Source of the DNA: an uncultured Pseudomonadota bacterium
GTDB lineage: Bacteria > Pseudomonadota > Alphaproteobacteria > JACZXZ01
Length of the DNA stretch: 64,000 nucleotides
Reading direction: 5' to 3'
Assembly: GCA_963749075.1 (NCBI GenBank)
Contig: CAVVLJ010000016.1
Span: 96,001-160,000 of the forward strand
The stretch's first letter is position 1, and each line of letters begins with the position of its first letter. The position numbers were made by a program, and so were the translations under genes. This document shows positions 1 through 11,611 of this stretch, piece by piece. The notes under the pieces were generated by a model. That model was given only the letters and a program-made list of their open reading frames with translations. It did not search any database and was not told the origin of the DNA.

Positions 1-1251
1 GATCACGACCGGCCGCGGCGCGAGGAAGGGCTGGTCGAGCTCGAGCGGCTCGCTTGCCGGCGCGGCCGCGGCGACGGCAGGCGTTGCGGCCCTGGCGGCG
101 GCGCCAGGTGCCGGAGCCGCCGCCTGCGCCGCGGCGGCGGGTGCGGGAACCGCCGGCTCGACGGTGCGCGCCGCCGGCTGCCTCGCCTCCGCCGGGATGA
201 CGGGCGGCGGGCTCAAGACGGCGCGCGGCGCCGGCCGCTCGCTCACCAGGACCGGCCGGCTCGGCTTCTGCTGGCCGACTGCTACGCCGTCGATGCCGGT
301 CGCCACCACCGAGACGCGGATGCGCCCCTGGAGCTGCTCGTCGAAGGTCGAGCCGAAGATGATGTTGGCCTCGGGATCGACCTCGTCGCGGATGCGGTTG
401 GCCGCCTCGTCCACCTCGAACAGCGTCATGTCCGTGCCGCCCGTGATGTTGATGAGGACGCCCTTGGCCCCCTTCATCGAGACGTCGTCGAGGAGCGGAT
501 TGGAGATCGCCGCCTCGGCGGCATCGAGCGAGCGGCGCTCGCCCTCGGCCTCGCCGGTGCCCATCATCGCCTTGCCCATCTCGCTCATCACCGTGCGGAT
601 GTCGGCGAAGTCGAGGTTGATGAGGCCGGGCATCACCATGAGGTCGGTCACCCCGCGCACGCCCGAATAGAGCACGTCGTCGGCCATCTTGAAGGCGTCC
701 GCGAAGGTCGTCTTCTCGTTGGCGACGCGGAAGAGGTTCTGGTTCGGGATGATGATGAGGGTGTCGACGAACTGCTGCAGCTCGTCGATGCCCTGGTCGG
801 CGATGCGCATGCGGTTTTGGCCCTCGAAGTGGAAGGGCTTGGTCACCACGCCGACCGTGAGGATGCCGCGCTCGCGCGCCGAGCGGGCGATCACGGGTGC
901 GCCTCCCGTCCCGGTGCCGCCGCCCATGCCGGCGGTGATGAACACCATGTGGGAGCCGTCGAGGTAATCGAGTATCTCCTCGATGCCCTCCTCGGCCGCG
1001 GCCCGGCCCACGTCGGGGCGCGAGCCGGCGCCGAGCCCGTGGGTGACGGTGAGGCCGAGCTGGATGCGCCGGTCCGCCTTGGAGAGCGAGAGGGACTGCG
1101 CATCCGTGTTGCAGGCGAGGAACTCGACCCCCTCGAGGTTGGCGGCGATCATGTTGTTGACCGCATTGCCGCCGGCGCCGCCGACGCCGACCACGACGAT
1201 GCGCGGTTTGAGCTCACGCTCCTTGTCCGGTATCGATAGGTTGATGGTCAT
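1..1251 (-). CDS. ftsZ: Cell division protein FtsZ (3' end beyond window)
   Basis: Manual translation from ATG at 1251: [34 protein letters not shown], with tubulin signature GMGGGTGTG; lies directly after ftsA. Confidence 0.98.
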   Translation of the reverse strand, partial: MTINLSIPDKERELKPRIVVVGVGGAGGNAVNNMIAANLEGVEFLACNTDAQSLSLSKADRRIQLGLTVTHGLGAGSRPDVGRAAAEEGIEEILDYLDGSHMVFITAGMGGGTGTGGAPVIARSARERGILTVGVVTKPFHFEGQNRMRIADQGIDELQQFVDTLIIIPNQNLFRVANEKTTFADAFKMADDVLYSGVRGVTDLMVMPGLINLDFADIRTVMSEMGKAMMGTGEAEGERRSLDAAEAAISNPLLDDVSMKGAKGVLINITGGTDMTLFEVDEAANRIRDEVDPEANIIFGSTFDEQLQGRIRVSVVATGIDGVAVGQQKPSRPVLVSERPAPRAVLSPPPVIPAEARQPAARTVEPAVPAPAAAAQAAAPAPGAAARAATPAVAAAAPASEPLELDQPFLAPRPVVI

Positions 1252-1341
1252 GTCAGCCTCCGCTTCCCTTTCCGTAACAGCCGCCGGCTCTCGGACCCCG
1301 TTCTTGAAAGGCCCCGGCCGCGGCGGCGCGGCCGCAGTCGC

Positions 1342-2598
1342 TCAAAGATTCTCCCGTAGCCAGCTGCCGAAGCGCTCGAGCACGCCGTTGGGCGCCTGGT
1401 GGTTGCGCCGCGCCAGCGTGGGCGTCGCCGAATAGCGCGTCACCGCGTAGTGGAGGAGCCCGGCGCAGGTGGCAAAGGCCGGACCCGCCGTGGCGTCGGC
1501 AAGGCCGCCGATCCTGAGCGGCCGGCCCATGCGCACCTGCTTGTCGAGGACGAGGGCGGCGAGCTCGCGCACGCCCTGGAGCTGGGAGGCCCCGCCGGTC
1601 AGCACCACGCGGCGCCCTGCGGCCTTGTCGAGGCCGCCTGCCTCGAGGCGCGAGCGCACGAGCTCGAAGGTCTCCTCGATGCGCGGCTGGATGATGCCGA
1701 CGAGGATCGATTTCGGCACGTGGTTGGGGATGGCGTGCTCGTCCTCGCCGACCTGCGGCACGTCGATCACGTCGTGCTCGTCGGCGGAGGCGGCGAGCGC
1801 GCTGCCGTAGAGCGTCTTCATGCGCTCGGCGTGCACGAGCGGGGTCGAGAGCCCGCGCGCGATGTCGCTCGTCACGTGCTGGCCGCCGATCGGGATGCAC
1901 TCGGTGTGGACCACCTCGCCGTCGAGGAAGACCGAGATCGAGGTGGTGCCGCCGCCCATGTCGATGCAGGTGACGCCGAGGTCCGTCTCGTCCTCGACGA
2001 GCGCCGAGAGGCCGGCGGCGTAGGACGAGACGGCGAGCGCCTGGAGGTCGAGGTGGCAGCGCGCGACGCAGGTCTTGAGGTTGCGCACGGGGCCGGCGCT
2101 GGCCGTCACCACGTGCATGTTGACGCCGAGGCGCTCGCCGTACATGCCGCGCGGGTCGCGGATGCGCGGGCTGCCGTCGATGATGTAGTTGACCGGGATC
2201 GAATGGATGATCTCGCGGTCGCTCGCCTCGTTGAAGAGGTAGCCCTGGCCGAGGGCGCGTCTTAAGTCCACGTCGCCGACCTCGTGCCCGGCGATCGACA
2301 CCTCGACCGCCACGGTCTGCGAGGCGGGCGAGCCGCACGAGAGGTTGACGAAGACCTCGCGCATGGTCTCGCCGGCCATCTGCTCGGCGGCGTGCACGGC
2401 GCCGCGGATGGAGTCCTCGGCGGCATCCATGTCGACGATGGCGCCGGCGCGCAGCCCCCGCGCCTTCTGGTGGCCGATGCCGATGACGCGGATGTTGCCG
2501 TCGCCGTCGACCTGGGCCACGAAGCAGCACACCTTGGTGGTGCCGATGTCGAGTGCGGCGACGAGACCGCTCTTCGGTTTTGCCAATCCTCGCTTCAC
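1342..2598 (-). CDS. ftsA: Cell division protein FtsA
   Basis: ALDIGTTKVCC, IDMGGGTT and VLTGGASQL actin-fold motifs; GTG start at 2598 chosen from the RBS. Confidence 0.97.
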   Translation of the reverse strand: MKRGLAKPKSGLVAALDIGTTKVCCFVAQVDGDGNIRVIGIGHQKARGLRAGAIVDMDAAEDSIRGAVHAAEQMAGETMREVFVNLSCGSPASQTVAVEVSIAGHEVGDVDLRRALGQGYLFNEASDREIIHSIPVNYIIDGSPRIRDPRGMYGERLGVNMHVVTASAGPVRNLKTCVARCHLDLQALAVSSYAAGLSALVEDETDLGVTCIDMGGGTTSISVFLDGEVVHTECIPIGGQHVTSDIARGLSTPLVHAERMKTLYGSALAASADEHDVIDVPQVGEDEHAIPNHVPKSILVGIIQPRIEETFELVRSRLEAGGLDKAAGRRVVLTGGASQLQGVRELAALVLDKQVRMGRPLRIGGLADATAGPAFATCAGLLHYAVTRYSATPTLARRNHQAPNGVLERFGSWLRENL

Positions 2599-2665
2599 GG
2601 CGTCCTCTGCTCTCCAACTTCCCGACCGGCCCGTCCGGCCCAGACTCGGCACCCCTTCGCGCGCC

Positions 2666-3514
2666 TCACGTGCTCCTCCCCGGCTTGTGCTCGTGCGGTG
2701 CCGCGTCCGGGGCCAAGCGCACGATGAGACGGTCGGGCAGGCGCAGATCGATCATCACGATGTCGCGCGCGAAGAGCTTCTCCTTGGTCTCGAGACCGGC
2801 CAGGCGTACCAACGCCTCCTCGGGCGCCAGCTCGGGGAGACGCACGTCGATGCCTTCGACGAGGCGCAGGTTCCAGCGCCGCTTGCCGACCCAGATGGCG
2901 GCCTGCACGTGCGGTGCGAGCGCCGGCTGCTTGGCGAGGAGGGCGAGGAAGGCGGGTGCCGCCTTGGCGGCACCGGCGCCGACGACGAGGGGCAGGTTGG
3001 CGAAGCGGGCGGTGTCGGCACTCTCGATCACCGTGCCCTGGAGATCGATGAGCCTGGTCTTGTCGTTCTGCTGCCAGAGGGCAAGCGGCGAGCGCTCCTC
3101 CACCTTGACGTAGATGAGCTGCGGCCAGCGCCGCTCGACCGAGGCGCGCAGCACCCAGGGGAGCGCCTCGAGCCGCGCCTTGGCGGCCGTGAGGTCGACG
3201 GCGAGGATGGCCTCGCCGCGGCGGATGCCGAGGGCGGCGAGAAGGGCGACAACCGGGGTCTCCTTGCGGCCCTCGACCGTCACGTCGGCGACCCTCAGGC
3301 CGAGCGAGGCCGAGGCGCGGGCCGCACCGTCGACGAGCGCCGCCGCCGCCGCCGCGGCGGTGCCGCTGCGCCACAGCCAGAAGCCGCCGCCGCCGAGCCC
3401 GGCGAGCACGAGGGCGACCGCACCGTAGCGCAACGCGTCGCGCAGCCAGCGCGGCGCCGGGCGGCGCCAGTGCTGCCGCGCGGGCGGAAGGGAGGCTGCC
3501 TTCAGCGTTCGCAT
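2666..3514 (-). CDS. ftsQ: Cell division protein FtsQ/DivIB
   Basis: Single TM helix, POTRA-like region (LPWVLRASVERRWP), C-terminal IDLRLPDRL; between ddl and ftsA. Confidence 0.93.
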   Translation of the reverse strand: MRTLKAASLPPARQHWRRPAPRWLRDALRYGAVALVLAGLGGGGFWLWRSGTAAAAAAALVDGAARASASLGLRVADVTVEGRKETPVVALLAALGIRRGEAILAVDLTAAKARLEALPWVLRASVERRWPQLIYVKVEERSPLALWQQNDKTRLIDLQGTVIESADTARFANLPLVVGAGAAKAAPAFLALLAKQPALAPHVQAAIWVGKRRWNLRLVEGIDVRLPELAPEEALVRLAGLETKEKLFARDIVMIDLRLPDRLIVRLAPDAAPHEHKPGRST

Positions 3515-4422
3515 GTGGCGTGCTCCACCATCCAGCTCACCAGTTCGGCGAAGGACATGCCGAGGTAGGCTGCCTGCTCGGGCACGAGCGAGAGCGGCGT
3601 CATCCCCGGCTGCGTGTTGATCTCTAGGAGATAGAGCCGGCCGGGCTCCCCGCGCGTGTCGTCGTAGCGGAAGTCGGCGCGCGAGACGCCGCGGCAGCCG
3701 AGCGTGCGGTGCGCCGCGAGCGCGTAATCCATGCAGGCCCGGCTGATCTCGTCGGGTACCGGCGCCGGGACGAGGTGGAGCGTGCGCCCGTCCGTGTATT
3801 TGTGCGCATAGTCGTAGAAGCCGTCGTCGGGGCGCAGTTCGGTCACCGCGAGCGCCCGGTCGCCCATCACGGAGACGGTGAGCTCGCGGCCCGGAATGTA
3901 GCGCTCGACCAGCACCTCGTCGCCGTAGGGCCAGCTCTCCTCCTCGAACGGCAGCTCGTTGTCGCCTTGGCGCACGATGCGCACGCCGACGCTCGAGCCC
4001 TCGGCGAGCGGCTTCACCACGTAGGGGCGCGCCATCACGTCGCCGGCAAGCATGCGCTCGCGCGGCACCACGCGGCCGTCCACGACGGGAATGCCGGCGG
4101 TCTCGAAGAGGCGCTTGGCCATCGGCTTGTTCATGGCGAGCGCCGAGGCGAGGAGGCCGGAATGGGTATAGGGCAGCTCGATGAGGTCGAGGAGCCCCTG
4201 GATGGTGCCGTCCTCGCCCCAGCGGCCGTGGAGCGCGTTGAACACCACGTCCGGGCGCGGCTCGAGCGCCGCGAGGAGCCGCCGCGGGTCGCGCTCGACC
4301 ACGATCTCGCGCACCGCGTAGCCGGCCTGGAGAAGTGCTGCGGCGCAGGCCTTGCCGCTCACGAAGGAGACCTCGCGCTCTGCCGACCAGCCGCCCATGA
4401 GCACGGCGACCTCCTTGCTCAC
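3502..4422 (-). CDS. ddl: D-alanine--D-alanine ligase
   Basis: VAVLMGGWSAEREVS, LHGRWGEDG, LEINTQPGMT motifs; GTG start overlapping the murB stop. Confidence 0.97.
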   Translation of the reverse strand: MSKEVAVLMGGWSAEREVSFVSGKACAAALLQAGYAVREIVVERDPRRLLAALEPRPDVVFNALHGRWGEDGTIQGLLDLIELPYTHSGLLASALAMNKPMAKRLFETAGIPVVDGRVVPRERMLAGDVMARPYVVKPLAEGSSVGVRIVRQGDNELPFEEESWPYGDEVLVERYIPGRELTVSVMGDRALAVTELRPDDGFYDYAHKYTDGRTLHLVPAPVPDEISRACMDYALAAHRTLGCRGVSRADFRYDDTRGEPGRLYLLEINTQPGMTPLSLVPEQAAYLGMSFAELVSWMVEHATCER

Positions 4423-5390
4423 GGCTTGGTCTCCTGAATCGCTCGCGGACCGGCCGAGGCAGGCACGCCGATGATGCGGATCTCCCACTCGAGCGAGATA
4501 CCGCTCGTCTCGAAGACGCGGCGGCGCACCTCCTCGCCGAGCCCCTCGATATCGGCGGCGCTGGCGGCACCGGTGTTGACGATGAAATTGCAGTGCTTCT
4601 CCGAGATCACGGCGCCGCCGCGGGCGAGGCCCCGGCAGCCGGCGGCGTCGATGAGCTGCCAGGCCTTGCGGCCGGCCGCCTCGGGCCCGCGCGGGTTGGC
4701 GAAGGTGCTGCCGCCGGTGCGGCCGCGGATGGGCTGGCTCTCCTCGCGCGCCGTCTCGATCTCCGCCATGCGCGCTGCTATCTCCGCGCGCACGCCGGGC
4801 ACAGCATCGAGGGTGGCCGCCACGACGATCCAGTCCGCGGGAAAGGCCGAATGGCGGTAGGAGAGGCCGAGTGCCGCGCGGTCGAGCCTGTGGCTTTGCC
4901 CGCGCCCGTCGAGGGCGTCCGCACCCACGATCGCATCGGCGATCTCGCGGCCGTAGGCGCCGGCGTTCATGCGCACGCCACCGCCGATCGAGCCGGGAAT
5001 GCCGGCGAGGAACTCGAGGCCGGCGAGGCCCGCCTCGGCCGCGGCCTCGGCTACGTTGAGGTCGAGCGCTGCGGCACCGGCGCTCACTCCCGGCGGTGCC
5101 ACGGCGATGGCGGCAAAGCGCTTGCCCAGGCGCACCACGACCCCCGGCACGCCGCCGTCGCGCACGAGGAGGTTCGAGCCCACGCCGATGACGCTCAGCG
5201 GGACGTCCGCGGGCTTCCTTGCGAGGAACTGCGCGAGATCGTCGCGGTCCGCCGGCTGGAACATGACCTCGGCGGCACCGCCCGTGCGGAAGCGCGTGAG
5301 GCGCGCCAAGGGTGCTGCGGCCGTGAGCCGTCCGCGCACCTGCGGCAGGCGCTCGATGAGGCGGGGGAGGAGGCTCTTGAGCGCCATCAT
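4419..5390 (-). CDS. murB: UDP-N-acetylmuramate dehydrogenase
   Basis: [41 protein letters not shown]. Confidence 0.97.
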   Translation of the reverse strand: MMALKSLLPRLIERLPQVRGRLTAAAPLARLTRFRTGGAAEVMFQPADRDDLAQFLARKPADVPLSVIGVGSNLLVRDGGVPGVVVRLGKRFAAIAVAPPGVSAGAAALDLNVAEAAAEAGLAGLEFLAGIPGSIGGGVRMNAGAYGREIADAIVGADALDGRGQSHRLDRAALGLSYRHSAFPADWIVVAATLDAVPGVRAEIAARMAEIETAREESQPIRGRTGGSTFANPRGPEAAGRKAWQLIDAAGCRGLARGGAVISEKHCNFIVNTGAASAADIEGLGEEVRRRVFETSGISLEWEIRIIGVPASAGPRAIQETKP

Positions 5391-6838
5391 CCGCTCGCTC
5401 CATTGAGCCGCCTGGCCGCGGGCGCAGCACCGGCGAAGAGGGCCTCGAGCTCGCCGGGAAGCGTCGCCGCCCACTGGGTGATGCTGCCGGCGCCGACGCA
5501 GACCACCGTGTCGCCCGGCTCGGCGAGCGCCGCCACGATCGACGCGAGCTCGCGCGGATCGGCCAGCGAGACCACCTTGCGGTGGCCGTGGCTGATGAGC
5601 CCCTCGACGAGCGCCTCGCGGCTCGCACCCTCGATGGGCGTCTCGCCGGCGCCATAGACGTTGGCGACGATGACCGCATCGGCCTCGTTGAAGCAGGTGC
5701 AGAATTCCTCGAAAAGGTTGTGCAGGCGCGTATAGCGGTGCGGCTGCACCACCGCGATGACGCGGCCCTCAGAGGCCGTGCGCACCGCGCGCATCACCGC
5801 GGCGATCTCGACCGGGTGGTGGCCGTAGTCGTCGATCACGCGGATGCCGCCCGCCTCGCCGGTCACCGTCAGGCGGCGCTTGACGCCGGCGAAAGAGGCG
5901 AGGGCCTCGCGGATGGTCGCCTGGTCGATGCCCATCTCGTGGGCGATCGCAATGGCGGCGAGCGAGTTCTGCACGTTGTGCTGGCCCAGCATGGGCAGCG
6001 TGAGTGCCTCCAGCTCGTGCTCGCTGCCGCGGAAGCGGTCGGTGATGTGCACGTTGTAGCGCGAGCCTTTGGGGCCGAGCTCGATGTCGCTCGCCCGCAC
6101 GTTGGCCTGCGGGCTCATGCCGTAGGTGATGATCTTGCGGTCGAGCACGCGCGGGATCAGCGCCTGCACCTCGGGATGGTCGATGCAGAGGGCGGCGAAG
6201 CCGTAGAAGGGGATGTTCTGGATGAAGGAGACGAAACCGTCGCGCAAGCGATCGAAGCTGCCGTAGAAGTCGAGATGCTCGGGATCGATGTTGGTGACGA
6301 CCGAGATGGTGGCCGGCAGCTTGACGAAGGTGCCGTCGGACTCGTCGGCCTCCACCACCATCCACTCGCCGCTGCCGAGCCGCGCGTTGGTGCCGTAAGC
6401 GTTGATGATGCCGCCGTTGATCACCGTGGGGTCGAGCCCGGCCGCCTCGAGAAGTGCCGCCACCATCGAGGTGGTCGTCGTCTTGCCGTGCGTGCCGGCG
6501 ACGGCGACCGACCATTTGAGGCGCATGAGCTCGGCCAGCATCTCGGCGCGGCGCACCACCGGCATGAGGCGCGCGCGCGCCGCCTTGACCTCGGGATTGT
6601 CCGCCGGAATCGCCGAGGAGACGACGATCACCTCGGACTCGCCGAGGTTCTCCTCGCGATGGCCGATCGAGACCGGGATGCCGCGGGCGCTGAGGCGCCG
6701 CACGTTGGCGCCGTCGGCCACGTCGCTGCCCTGCACCCGGTAGCCGAGGTTGTGCAGGATCTCGGCGATGCCGCTCATGCCGATGCCGCCGATGCCGACG
6801 AAGTGGATGATGCCGATGTCGAGCGGAAGCGTTCTCAT
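5387..6838 (-). CDS. murC: UDP-N-acetylmuramate--L-alanine ligase
   Basis: [36 protein letters not shown]. Confidence 0.98.
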   Translation of the reverse strand: MRTLPLDIGIIHFVGIGGIGMSGIAEILHNLGYRVQGSDVADGANVRRLSARGIPVSIGHREENLGESEVIVVSSAIPADNPEVKAARARLMPVVRRAEMLAELMRLKWSVAVAGTHGKTTTTSMVAALLEAAGLDPTVINGGIINAYGTNARLGSGEWMVVEADESDGTFVKLPATISVVTNIDPEHLDFYGSFDRLRDGFVSFIQNIPFYGFAALCIDHPEVQALIPRVLDRKIITYGMSPQANVRASDIELGPKGSRYNVHITDRFRGSEHELEALTLPMLGQHNVQNSLAAIAIAHEMGIDQATIREALASFAGVKRRLTVTGEAGGIRVIDDYGHHPVEIAAVMRAVRTASEGRVIAVVQPHRYTRLHNLFEEFCTCFNEADAVIVANVYGAGETPIEGASREALVEGLISHGHRKVVSLADPRELASIVAALAEPGDTVVCVGAGSITQWAATLPGELEALFAGAAPAARRLNGASG

Positions 6839-7974
6839 TCGGCGGCCACCTTGAGCGCATCGTGGTTGCCGTTGGCGGGCAAGAGGCGCTCGACGACGGA
6901 GGCGAGCCGCTCGGCCGCGTCGCTGCGCCCGGCGGCGGCGGCGGCCATGGCGGCGCTCATCAGCGTCTCGGGCATGGCGATGAGGGCGGCCAGGCGTTCG
7001 GTGAGCTTGGCCGCATCGAACATGCCCTCGGGGATGAGCCAGGCGCCTCCGCCCGAGTCGATCGCCTGCGCGTTCGCCATCTGGTGGTCGTCGATGGCGT
7101 GGGGATAGGGCACCAGGATCGCCGGCCGGCCGACGGCGGTGAGCTCGGCACAACTCGAGGCGCCCGAGCGGCTGATGAGGAGATGGCAGGCGGCGAGCCG
7201 CTCGGGCACGTCGCGGAAGAAGGGGGAGACCTCGGCCTCGACGCCGGCGCTGCGGTAGGCGGCCTCCACCGCCGCCTGGTCCTCCGGACGCGCCTGCTGC
7301 TCGACCCGCATGAGCTGGCGCCGCTCGGCGGGGAGGCCATGGACGGCCGCCGGCACCACCTGGCCGAAGACGCGGGCGCCCTGGCTGCCGCCCAGCACGA
7401 GGAGGCGGAAGCGCTCGCCCGGGCCCAGCGGCGGGTAGGGCCGGCGGGAGAGCGCCGCGAACTCCTCGCGCACCGGATTGCCGGTGAGCGTCAGCTTGCC
7501 GCGGTCGCTCTCGCGGATCGCCTTGGTGTCCGCGAAGGAGGTGGCGATGAGGCGGACGCGCGAGGCGAGCAGGCGGTTGGCGCGGCCGAGGACGGCGTTC
7601 TGCTCATGGAGGGCCGCCGGCAGGCCGGCGAGGAGTGCCGCCGCCATGGTGGGAAGCGAGGCGTAGCCGCCGAAGCCGAGGAGCGCATCGGGCTTCTCGG
7701 CCCCGATGAGGGCGCGCGCCTGGAGGAAGCCGATGGCGAGCCGGAGTGCGGCACCGCCGCGCTGCAGGAGGCCGCGCCCGGCGATGCCGCCGGCCGCGAT
7801 CACGCGCAGCTCCGCGCCCGCGGGTGCTCCGCCGTGGCTGGCGCCGCGCCGGTCGGTGACCAGGATCGCACGGTGCCCGCGCGCCACGAGCGCCCGTGCC
7901 GTGGCCTCCGCGGGGAAGATGTGCCCGCCGGTGCCGCCGGTCGCGAGCATGATCGAGGCGGGCTTGGCGCTCAT
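6835..7974 (-). CDS. murG: Undecaprenyl-PP-MurNAc-pentapeptide GlcNAc transferase
   Basis: [32 protein letters not shown]. Confidence 0.97.
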   Translation of the reverse strand: MSAKPASIMLATGGTGGHIFPAEATARALVARGHRAILVTDRRGASHGGAPAGAELRVIAAGGIAGRGLLQRGGAALRLAIGFLQARALIGAEKPDALLGFGGYASLPTMAAALLAGLPAALHEQNAVLGRANRLLASRVRLIATSFADTKAIRESDRGKLTLTGNPVREEFAALSRRPYPPLGPGERFRLLVLGGSQGARVFGQVVPAAVHGLPAERRQLMRVEQQARPEDQAAVEAAYRSAGVEAEVSPFFRDVPERLAACHLLISRSGASSCAELTAVGRPAILVPYPHAIDDHQMANAQAIDSGGGAWLIPEGMFDAAKLTERLAALIAMPETLMSAAMAAAAAGRSDAAERLASVVERLLPANGNHDALKVAAE

Positions 7975-9098
7975 GCGAGCCCTCCCGGTCCGACGCGCTT
8001 GCGCGTCAGCGCCAGCACCATGCCCATGCCGAGTGCCAGCGCCAGGAGCGAGGAGCCGCCGTAGCTGATGAAGGGCAGCGTCATGCCCTTGGTCGGCATG
8101 AGGCGCATCTCGGACGCCATGTTGACCACGGCCTGGAGGCCGAACTGCACGAGGAGCCCCGAGCCCGCGAGCAGCACGAAGAGATTCTGCTCCTGCATGA
8201 GCCGGCCGATGCCGCGCAGCACCACGAAAGCGAAGAGGGCGATGATGAAGAGGCAGGCGAAAAGCCCGAACTCCTCGCCGGCGACGGCAAAGACGAAATC
8301 GCTGTGCGCGTCGGGCAGGTGGAGCTTGGCGACGCCCTCGCCGGGGCCGCGGCCGAAGAGGCCGCCGTTCGAGAAGGCGTCGAGCGAGCGCTCGACCTGG
8401 TAGCTGTCGCCCTGCTGGGGATTGAGGAAGTGGTCGACGCGGACCGCCACGTGGGGCAGCGTCACATAGGCCGCGGCGAGGGCGGCTATGCCGAGCGTCA
8501 CGAAGAGCAGCGCCCAGTAGACGCGCAGCCCCGCGAGGAAGAACTGGCCGAACCACACGACGGAGACGACTACGACCATGCCGATGTCGGGCTGGGCGAC
8601 CAGGAGGGCGGCGACGATGCCGTAGAGGAGGATGGCCACGGCGTTGCCCGGCACGGCCTCGCCCTGGCGCTGCGCCGCGAACATCCAGGCGGCGACCACG
8701 GCAAAGGCCGGCTTGACGAACTCGGAGGGCTGCAGCGAGACGCCGGCGAAGTAGATCCAGCGCTTGGCACCCTTGATCTCGGTGCCGACGTAGGGTGTGA
8801 GCGCCAGCAGCACCAGCGCCGCCACGAAGACGAAGACGGAGAGCCGACGCACCCCGCGCGGCTCGAGGAGCGACACCGCCAGCATGAGGACCACGGCGGT
8901 GGGCAGGAAGACGAACTCGCGGCGCACGAAGTAGAGCGAGTCGTAGCCGATGCGCACGGCGACCGGCGGGCTCGCGGCGAGCGTCATGATGCAGCCGATG
9001 AGGGCGAGGCTGGCGAGCGCCACCAGCATCCACTTGTCGACCGTCCACCACCAGCGGCCGATGATGCTCGTGTCCGTGCGGGTGAAACTCATGCTCAT
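7971..9098 (-). CDS. ftsW: Peptidoglycan glycosyltransferase FtsW
   Basis: [37 protein letters not shown] (SEDS family). Confidence 0.97.
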   Translation of the reverse strand: MSMSFTRTDTSIIGRWWWTVDKWMLVALASLALIGCIMTLAASPPVAVRIGYDSLYFVRREFVFLPTAVVLMLAVSLLEPRGVRRLSVFVFVAALVLLALTPYVGTEIKGAKRWIYFAGVSLQPSEFVKPAFAVVAAWMFAAQRQGEAVPGNAVAILLYGIVAALLVAQPDIGMVVVVSVVWFGQFFLAGLRVYWALLFVTLGIAALAAAYVTLPHVAVRVDHFLNPQQGDSYQVERSLDAFSNGGLFGRGPGEGVAKLHLPDAHSDFVFAVAGEEFGLFACLFIIALFAFVVLRGIGRLMQEQNLFVLLAGSGLLVQFGLQAVVNMASEMRLMPTKGMTLPFISYGGSSLLALALGMGMVLALTRKRVGPGGLA

Positions 9099-10509
9099 GG
9101 CGCGGCCTCCGCCTGGAGCGCCTCGCCGCGCCTGCCGGGCAGCGCCTTCACGAGCGCCTTGAACGCCTCGCCGCGCGCCTCGAAGCTGGCGAACTGGTCC
9201 CAGGAGGCCGAGGCGGGCGAGAGCAGCACCACGGCGCCCTTGCCGGCATCGCGCGCGGCATCGGCGTGCGCTTCGGCCACCGCCCTCTCGAGCGTGCGCG
9301 CGAGCGTGAAGGGCACGCGGCCCGCGAGCGTCGCCGCGAACGCGTCGGCCGCCTCGCCGATGAGATAGGCATGGGCGACGCGGCCGAAGTGCGGCACCAG
9401 CCGCTCGATGCCGCCCTCCTTGGCGAGGCCGCCCGCGATCCAGTAGATGCGCTCGTAGGAGACCAGCGCGCGCATGGCCGCTTCCGCGTTGGTCGCCTTG
9501 CTGTCGTTGACGTAGCGCACGCCGTCGATCGCCGCCACGAGCTCCTGGCGGTGCCTGAGCCCGGGGAAGCTCGCAAGCGCGGCGGCGATCGCTGGCGTGG
9601 GCACGCCCGCGGCCTTGGCCGCGGCATAGGCGGCCGCTGCATTCTGCCAATTGTGGCGGCCCGGGAGCGTCGGGATGGCGGCGAGATCGGCAATCTCGCG
9701 GGCCTTCCCCCGCGTGTCGTCGACGAGGCGGCCGCCCTCCGCATAGACCCCTCCGGCAACGCGCCCTTCGCCCGAGATCGGCACGGCGGTGGGACCCGCG
9801 CTCGCGGCGAGCTCGCCGTAGATCGCCCGCGCCTCGGCATCGTCGACGCCGACCACGGCGGTCTCGAGGGTGGCCTGGCCGCGGAAGATGCGCTTCTTCG
9901 CCGCGATGTAGCCCGCGAGCCCGCCGTGGCGCGCGAGATGGTCGGGGCTGATGTTGGTCAGCACGGCCACGTCGAAGGTGGGCGAGAGGGTGAGCTCGAG
10001 CTGATAGGAGGACATCTCGAGGACGTAGAAGCCGCCCTCGTCGAGCGGCTCGAGCTCGAGGGCCGGCGTGCCGAGATTGCCGCCCACCTCGACGCGGAAG
10101 CCGGCACGGCCGAGGATATGGCCGATGAGCGCCGTCGTCGTCGATTTCCCGTTGGTGCCGGTGATGCCGATGTAGGAGCAGTTGCGCCGGCTGCGGCCGA
10201 GCAGCTCGAACGTCGGAGACGATCTCGAGGCCGGCCGCGCGCGCGCGCTCGGCCACGGGGTGGGGCTTGGGCCAGGTGTGCGGGATGCCCGGGCTCCACA
10301 CGATCGTCCGCGCCGCCTCGAGATTCTTTCTTATAGAGGTCGACGAGGGGGATGCGGGCGGCCTCCGCCTCCTGGCGCCGCGCCTCGCTGTCGTCCCATG
10401 CCCACACTTGCGCGCCGCTCGCCAGAAGCGCCTTGGCCGCCGCCAGGCCGCTCCTGCCGAGGCCCATGACGGCGACCGGGATGCCGGCCAAGGGAGGGAT
10501 CACGATCAT
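9095..10509 (-). CDS. murD: UDP-MurNAc-L-Ala--D-Glu ligase, interrupted by two +1 frameshifts (probably sequencing errors)
   Basis: [53 protein letters not shown] are spread over three frames; removing one base near 10324 and one near 10210 restores a 470-aa ORF. Confidence 0.93.
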
Positions 10510-10513
10510 CCCC

Positions 10514-11602
10514 TCACCTCAGCTTGAGCGTCGAGAGCCCGGCGAGCGCCAGGATCGACGCGATGATCCAGAAACGGATGACGATGGTGGCCTCCTGCCA
10601 GCCCTTCTTCTCGAAGTGGTGGTGCAAGGGCGCCATGCGGAAGACGCGCTTGCCGGTGAGCTTGAAGGAGACCACCTGGACGAGGACCGAGACCGTCTCG
10701 AGCACGAAGAGCCCGCCCACGATGGCGAGCACCAGCTCGTGCTTGGTGACGACGCTGATGACGCCGAGGGCGCCTCCGCAGGAGAGCGAGCCCGTATCGC
10801 CCATGAAGACCATGGCCGGCGGCGCGTTGAACCAGAGGAAGCCCAAGCTCGCCCCCACCAGCGAGCCGCAGAAGACGGAGAGCTCGCCGGCACCCGCCAC
10901 GTAGTGGAGCTGCAGGTAGTTGGCGAAGACCAGGTTGCCGGTCAGGTAGGAGATGAGGCCGAAGACGCCCGCCGCGATCATCACCGGCACAATGGCAAGG
11001 CCGTCGAGCCCATCGGTCAGGTTGACGGCGTTCGAGGCCCCCACGATCACGAAGGCGGCGACCGGGAGGAAGAACCAGCCGAGCTGCAACAGCACCGACT
11101 TGAAGAAGGGCAGCGCAAAGCCGGTCGCGAGCGGCTCCGGCGTGTGGAGGACGAGCCAGAGTGTCGCGAGGAGCGCCAGGACGACCTGGCCCAGGAGCTT
11201 GACCCTGCCGGGCAGCCCGCGGCTCGAGCGGCGGCTCAGCTTGAGGTAGTCGTCGGCAGCACCGATGGCACCGAAGCCGAAGGTCACGAAGAGCACCAGC
11301 CAGACATAGCCGTTGTTGATGTCGGCCCAGAGGAGCGTGCTCAGCGTGAGCGCCGCGAGAATGAGGACGCCGCCCATGGTGGGCGTGCCCTTCTTGCTGA
11401 CGAGGTGCCCCTCGGGGCCGTCCTCGCGGATCGGCTGGCCGTCGCGCTGCATCTGCCTGAGCCAGGCGATGAGCTGCGGCCCGAGGAGGAAGCTGATGAG
11501 GAGCGCCGTCGCGACCGCACCGCCCGTGCGGAAGGTGATGTAGCGGAAGAGGTTGAACGGCGTGAAATCCTCGGTCAGCGGGGCGAGCAGGTTGAACAGC
11601 AT
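10514..11602 (-). CDS. mraY: Phospho-N-acetylmuramoyl-pentapeptide transferase
   Basis: [37 protein letters not shown]. Confidence 0.98.
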   Translation of the reverse strand: MLFNLLAPLTEDFTPFNLFRYITFRTGGAVATALLISFLLGPQLIAWLRQMQRDGQPIREDGPEGHLVSKKGTPTMGGVLILAALTLSTLLWADINNGYVWLVLFVTFGFGAIGAADDYLKLSRRSSRGLPGRVKLLGQVVLALLATLWLVLHTPEPLATGFALPFFKSVLLQLGWFFLPVAAFVIVGASNAVNLTDGLDGLAIVPVMIAAGVFGLISYLTGNLVFANYLQLHYVAGAGELSVFCGSLVGASLGFLWFNAPPAMVFMGDTGSLSCGGALGVISVVTKHELVLAIVGGLFVLETVSVLVQVVSFKLTGKRVFRMAPLHHHFEKKGWQEATIVIRFWIIASILALAGLSTLKLR

Positions 11603-11611
11603 GCGCGCCCC

